Origin: Eledone cirrhosa
Lineage: Eukaryota
Direction of reading: 5' to 3'
Assembly (NCBI GenBank): GCA_964016885.1
Contig: OZ024741.1
Coordinates: 401,388,001-401,452,000, forward strand
DNA length: 64,000 nt
This document shows, piece after piece, positions 60,101 to 64,000 of the stretch. The position numbers and the translations under genes are program-made. Below the pieces are notes generated by a model, which was given only the letters and a program-made list of their open reading frames with translations, was not told the origin of the DNA and did no database searches. How positions within the stretch are numbered: the stretch's first letter is position 1; each line of letters starts with the position of its first letter.

Positions 60101-63100
60101 AATGAGATCCCATGACCCCAGTTCATTAGTTTAATTACATCCCATGACCCCAGTTCAATAGTTTAAGGACATCTCATGACCCCAGTTCAATAGTTTGACA
60201 ACATCCTATGACCACTGTTCAATAGTTTGATGACATCCCATTACCCCAGTTCAATAGTTTGACAACATCGCATGACCCCTGTTCAATAGTTTGATGACAT
60301 CCCATAACCCCAGTTCAATAGTTTGACAACATCACATGATCCCTATTAAATAGTTTCATGACATCCCATAACCCCAGTTCAATAGTTTAATGACATCCCA
60401 TAACTCCAGTTCAATAGTTATTGAGAACCCATGACCCCAGTTCAATAGTTTAACGACATCCCATTACACCTGTTCTATAGTTTAATGACATCACATGACC
60501 CCAGTTCAATAGTTTGACAACATCCCATGACCCCTCTTCAATAGTTTGATGACATCCCATGAGCCCAGTTCAATGGTTTAATGACATCCCATAACTCCAT
60601 TTCAATAGTTTAATGACATCCCATGACCCCAGTTCAATATTTTAATGACATCCCATGACCCCTGTTCAATAGTTTAATGCCATCCCATGACCCCGGTTCA
60701 ATAGTTTGATGACATCCCATGACCTCAGTTCAATAATTTAATGACATCCCATAACTCCAGTTCAATAGTTTGACAACATCCCATAACCCTAGTTCAATAG
60801 TTAATGACACCCCATGACCTCAGTTCAATAGTTTGACAACATCACATGACCCCTGTTCAATAGTTTAATGACATGCCATAACCCCAGTTCAATAGTTTAA
60901 TGACATGCCATGACCCCAGTTCAATAGTTTGACAACATCCCATTACCCTAGTTCAATAGTTTAATGACATCCCATTACACCTGTTCTATAGTTTAATGAC
61001 ATCACATGACCCCAGTTCAATAGTTTGACAACATCCCATGACCCCTGTTCAATAGTTTGATGACATCCCATGAGCCCAGTTCAATGTTTTAATGACATCC
61101 CATAACTCCTTTTCAATAGTTTAATGACATCCCATGACCCCAGTTCAATATTTTAATGACATCCCATGACCCCTGTTCAATAGTTTAATGCCATCCCATG
61201 ACCCCGGTTCAATAGTTTGATGGCATCCCATGACCCCAGTTCAATAGTTTAATGACATCCCATAACTCCAGTTCAATAGTTTGACAACATCCCATAACCC
61301 TAGTTCAATAGTTAATGACACCCCATGACCTCAGTTCAATAGTTTGACAACATCACATGACCCTTGTTCAATAGTTTGATGAGATCCCATAACCCCAGTT
61401 CAATAGTTTAATGACATGCCATAACCCCAGTTCAATAGTTTAATGACATGCCATGACCCCAGTTCAATTGTTTGACAACATCCCATAACCCTAGTTCAAT
61501 AGTTAATGACACCCCATGACCTCAGTTCAATAGTTTGACAACATCACATGACCCTTGTTCAATAGTTTGATGACATCCCATAACCCCAGTTCAATAGTTT
61601 AATGACATGCCATAACCCCAGTTCAATAGTTTAATGACATGCCATGACCCCAGTTCAATTGTTTGACAACATCCCATAACCCTAGTTCAATAGTTTAATG
61701 ACATCCCATGAGCCCAATTAAATGGTTTGACAACATCCCATGACGCCAGTTCAATAGTTTAATGACATCCTATGACCCCAGTTCAATAGTTTGACAACAT
61801 CCCATGACCCCTGTTCAATAGTTTGATGACATCGCATGAGCCCAGTTCGATGGTTTGACAACATCCCATGACCCCTGTTCAATAGTTTGATGACAACCCA
61901 TAACCCCATTTCAATAGTTTGACAACAACGCATAGCCCTAGTTCAATAGTTTAATGACATCCCATGACGCCAGTTAAAAAGTTTAATGACATCCCATAAC
62001 CCTGTTCAATAGTTTGATAACATCCCATAACCCTAGTTCAATAGATTGACATCATCCCATAACCACAGTTCAATAGTTAAATGACATCCCATAACTCCAG
62101 TTCAATAGTTTGACTACATCCCATGATCCCAGTTCAATAGTTTAATGACATCCTATGAAATCAGTTCAATAGTTTTACAACATCACATGACCCCAGTTCA
62201 ATAGTTGGACAGCATCCCATGACCCCAGTTCAATAGTTTAATGACATCCCATGACCCCAGTTCAATAGTTTGAAAACATCGCATGACAACAGTTCAATAA
62301 TTTGACAACATCCCATAACCCTAGTTCGATAGTTTAATGACATCCCATGACCCCAGTTCAATAGTTTGACAACATCCCATAACCCTAGTACAATGGTTTG
62401 ATGACATCCCATAAACCCAGTTCAATAGTTTGACAACATCCCACAACCCTAGTTCAATAGGTTAATGACATCCCATGACCCCAGTTCAATAGTTTGACAA
62501 CATCACATGACTCCAGTTCAATAGTTTGACAACATCACATGACCCCAGTTCAATAGTTTAATGACATCACATGACCCCAGTCCAATAGTTTGATGACATC
62601 CCACAACCCAGTTCAATTGTTTAATGAGATCCCATGACCCCAGTTCATTAGTTTAATTACATCCCATGACCCAGTTCAATAGTTTAAGGACATCTCATGA
62701 CCCCAGTTCAATAGTTTGATGACATCCCATTACCCCAGTTCAATAGTTTCACAACATCCCATGACCACTCTTCAATAGTTTGATGACATCCCATTACCCC
62801 AGTTCAATAGTTTGACAACATCGCATGACCCCTGTTCAATAGTTTCATGACATCCCATAACCCCAGTTCAATAGTTTGACAACATCACATGATCCCTATT
62901 AAATAGTTTCATGACATCCCATAACCCCAGTTCAATAGTTTAATGACATCCCATAACTCCAGTTCAATAGTTATTGAGAACCCATGACCCCAGTTCAATA
63001 GTTTAACGACATCCCATTACAGCTGTTCTATAGTTTAATGACATCACATGACCCCAGTTCAATAGTTTGACAACATCCCATGACCCCTCTTCAATAGTTT

Positions 63101-64000
63101 GATGACATCCCATGAGCCCAGTTCAATGGGTTAATGACATCCCATAACTCCATTTCAATAGTTTAATGACATCCCATGACCCCAGTTCAATATTTTAATG
63201 ACATCCCATGACCCCTGTTCAATAGTTTAATGCCATCCCATGACACCGGTTCAATAGTTTGATGACATCCCATGACCTCAGTTCAATAATTTAATGACAT
63301 CCCATAACTCCAGTTCAATAGTTTGACAACATCCCATAACCCTAGTTCAATAGTTAATGACACCCCATGACCCCAGTTCAATAGTTTGACAACATCCCAT
63401 TACCCTAGTTCAATAGTTTAATGACATCCCATTACACCTGTTCTATAGTTTAATGACATCACATGACCCCAGTTCAATAGTTTGACAACATCCCATGACC
63501 CCTGTTCAATAGTTTGATGACATCCCATGAGCCCAGTTCAATGTTTTAATGACATCCCATAACTCCATTTCAATAGTTTAATGACATCCCATGACCCCAG
63601 TTCAATATTTTAATGACATCCCATGACCCCTGTTCAATAGTTTAATGCCATCCCATGACCCCGGTTCAATAGTTTGATGGCATCCCATGACCCCAGTTCA
63701 ATAGTTTAATGACATCCCATAACTCCAGTTCAATAGTTTGACAACATCCCATAACCCTAGTTCAATAGTTAATGACACCCCATGACCTCAGTTCAATAAT
63801 TTGACAACATCACATGACCCTTGTTCAATAGTTTGATGACATCCCATAACCCCAGTTCAATAGTTTAATGACATGCCATAACCCCAGGTCAATAGTTTAA
63901 TGACATGCCATGACCCCAGTTCAATTGTTTGACAACATCCCATAACCCTAGTTCAATAGTTTAATGACATCCCATGAGCCCAATTAAATGGTTTGACAAC
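57130..64000. repeat. ~2.5-kb higher-order unit, about 2.7 copies, each with an internal ~0.4-0.5-kb duplication
   Basis: GAAAACATCGC 57227/59717/62272; AGTTATTGAGAAC ~58084/60417/62969; GATCCCTATTAAA 60338/62891. CATTACACCTGTTCTATAG pairs lie at ~58130/58641 and ~60463/60973. Confidence 0.83.

Larger units (their letters stand above)
1..64000. repeat. 32-bp-monomer tandem satellite array (about 2,000 copies, single orientation, runs off both window ends)
   Basis: TTCAATAG recurs every 32 bp (e.g. 21 and 53) from start to end. The main monomer types are AGTTCAATAGTTTGACAACATCCCATAACCCC, ...TTTGATGAC... and ...TTTAATGAC..., with occasional 29-, 31- and 33-bp variants. No non-repeat sequence was seen. 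Confidence 0.99.

Noticed and set aside
11562-62412. Eleven minus-strand 60-aa Cys/Trp-rich ORFs resembling a small-peptide family
   Set aside because: They are an arithmetic artefact. The TGA in ATTGAAC falls in frame every 96 bp. One substitution (TTCGAT, TGCAAT, TACAAT, TTGAAT) removes one stop, giving 64 codons, and the first ATG comes three codons after the previous stop, so the ORF is exactly 183 bp. There is no unique flanking sequence or sign of coding constraint.
1-64000. CRISPR array (32-bp period; ATTGAAC resembles the ATTGAAAC end of some CRISPR repeats)
   Set aside because: Units are directly adjacent with no unique spacers, no leader and no cas genes. The variable half is only point variants of one sequence.
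1-64000. Great-ape 32-bp subterminal satellite (StSat/pCht)
   Set aside because: The unit length is the same, but as I recall that consensus it does not resemble this C-tract-rich monomer. An alignment would settle it.
1-64000. True telomeric array
   Set aside because: There are no tandem (TTAGGG)n runs, only an isolated 8-9-bp match in a subset of monomers. The heterogeneity and kb-scale duplications are unlike telomerase-templated repeats.
1-64000. Giant repetitive protein gene or exon on either strand
   Set aside because: The unit length is not a multiple of 3, stop codons are frequent in all frames on both strands, and 1-bp indels are common.
1-64000. Hidden transposon insertion, inversion or unique island
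   Set aside because: Reading through, I found no stretch that departs from the monomer or switches strand. A very short insertion could have been missed by eye.
1-64000. Variant string as a deliberate information-storage or diversity-generating code
   Set aside because: The variant patterns are adequately explained by point mutation plus nested duplication and deletion, and no associated enzyme or template is present in the window.

Overview
The whole 64-kb window is one uninterrupted head-to-tail tandem array of a 32-bp monomer, roughly 2,000 copies. The consensus is approximately AGTTCAATAGTTT(G/A)A(CA/TG)ACATCCCAT(G/A)ACCC(C/T), about 40% GC, and the + strand is C/A-rich and G-poor. The sequence is all lower case, as in a soft-masked eukaryotic assembly, and behaves like satellite DNA. 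I see no credible genes, RNA genes, transposon insertions, inversions or CRISPR spacers, and the eleven 60-aa ORFs are an arithmetic by-product of the repeat. The information lies in the monomer variants. They reveal nested, recent tandem duplications (about 128 bp, 450 bp, 510 bp, 960 bp, 2.5 kb, 3.0 kb, 3.3 kb, 3.8 kb, 4.3 kb and 5.1 kb), an older multi-monomer cassette recurring 17 times, and regional subfamilies. They also show a striking CG/CA/TG/TA mutation pattern at the main polymorphic sites and telomere-like CTAGGGTTATGGG motifs on the minus strand. I cannot assign the satellite to a named family or organism. I found no evidence for a new protein- or RNA-coding system. Coordinates of duplication boundaries were read by eye and are approximate.
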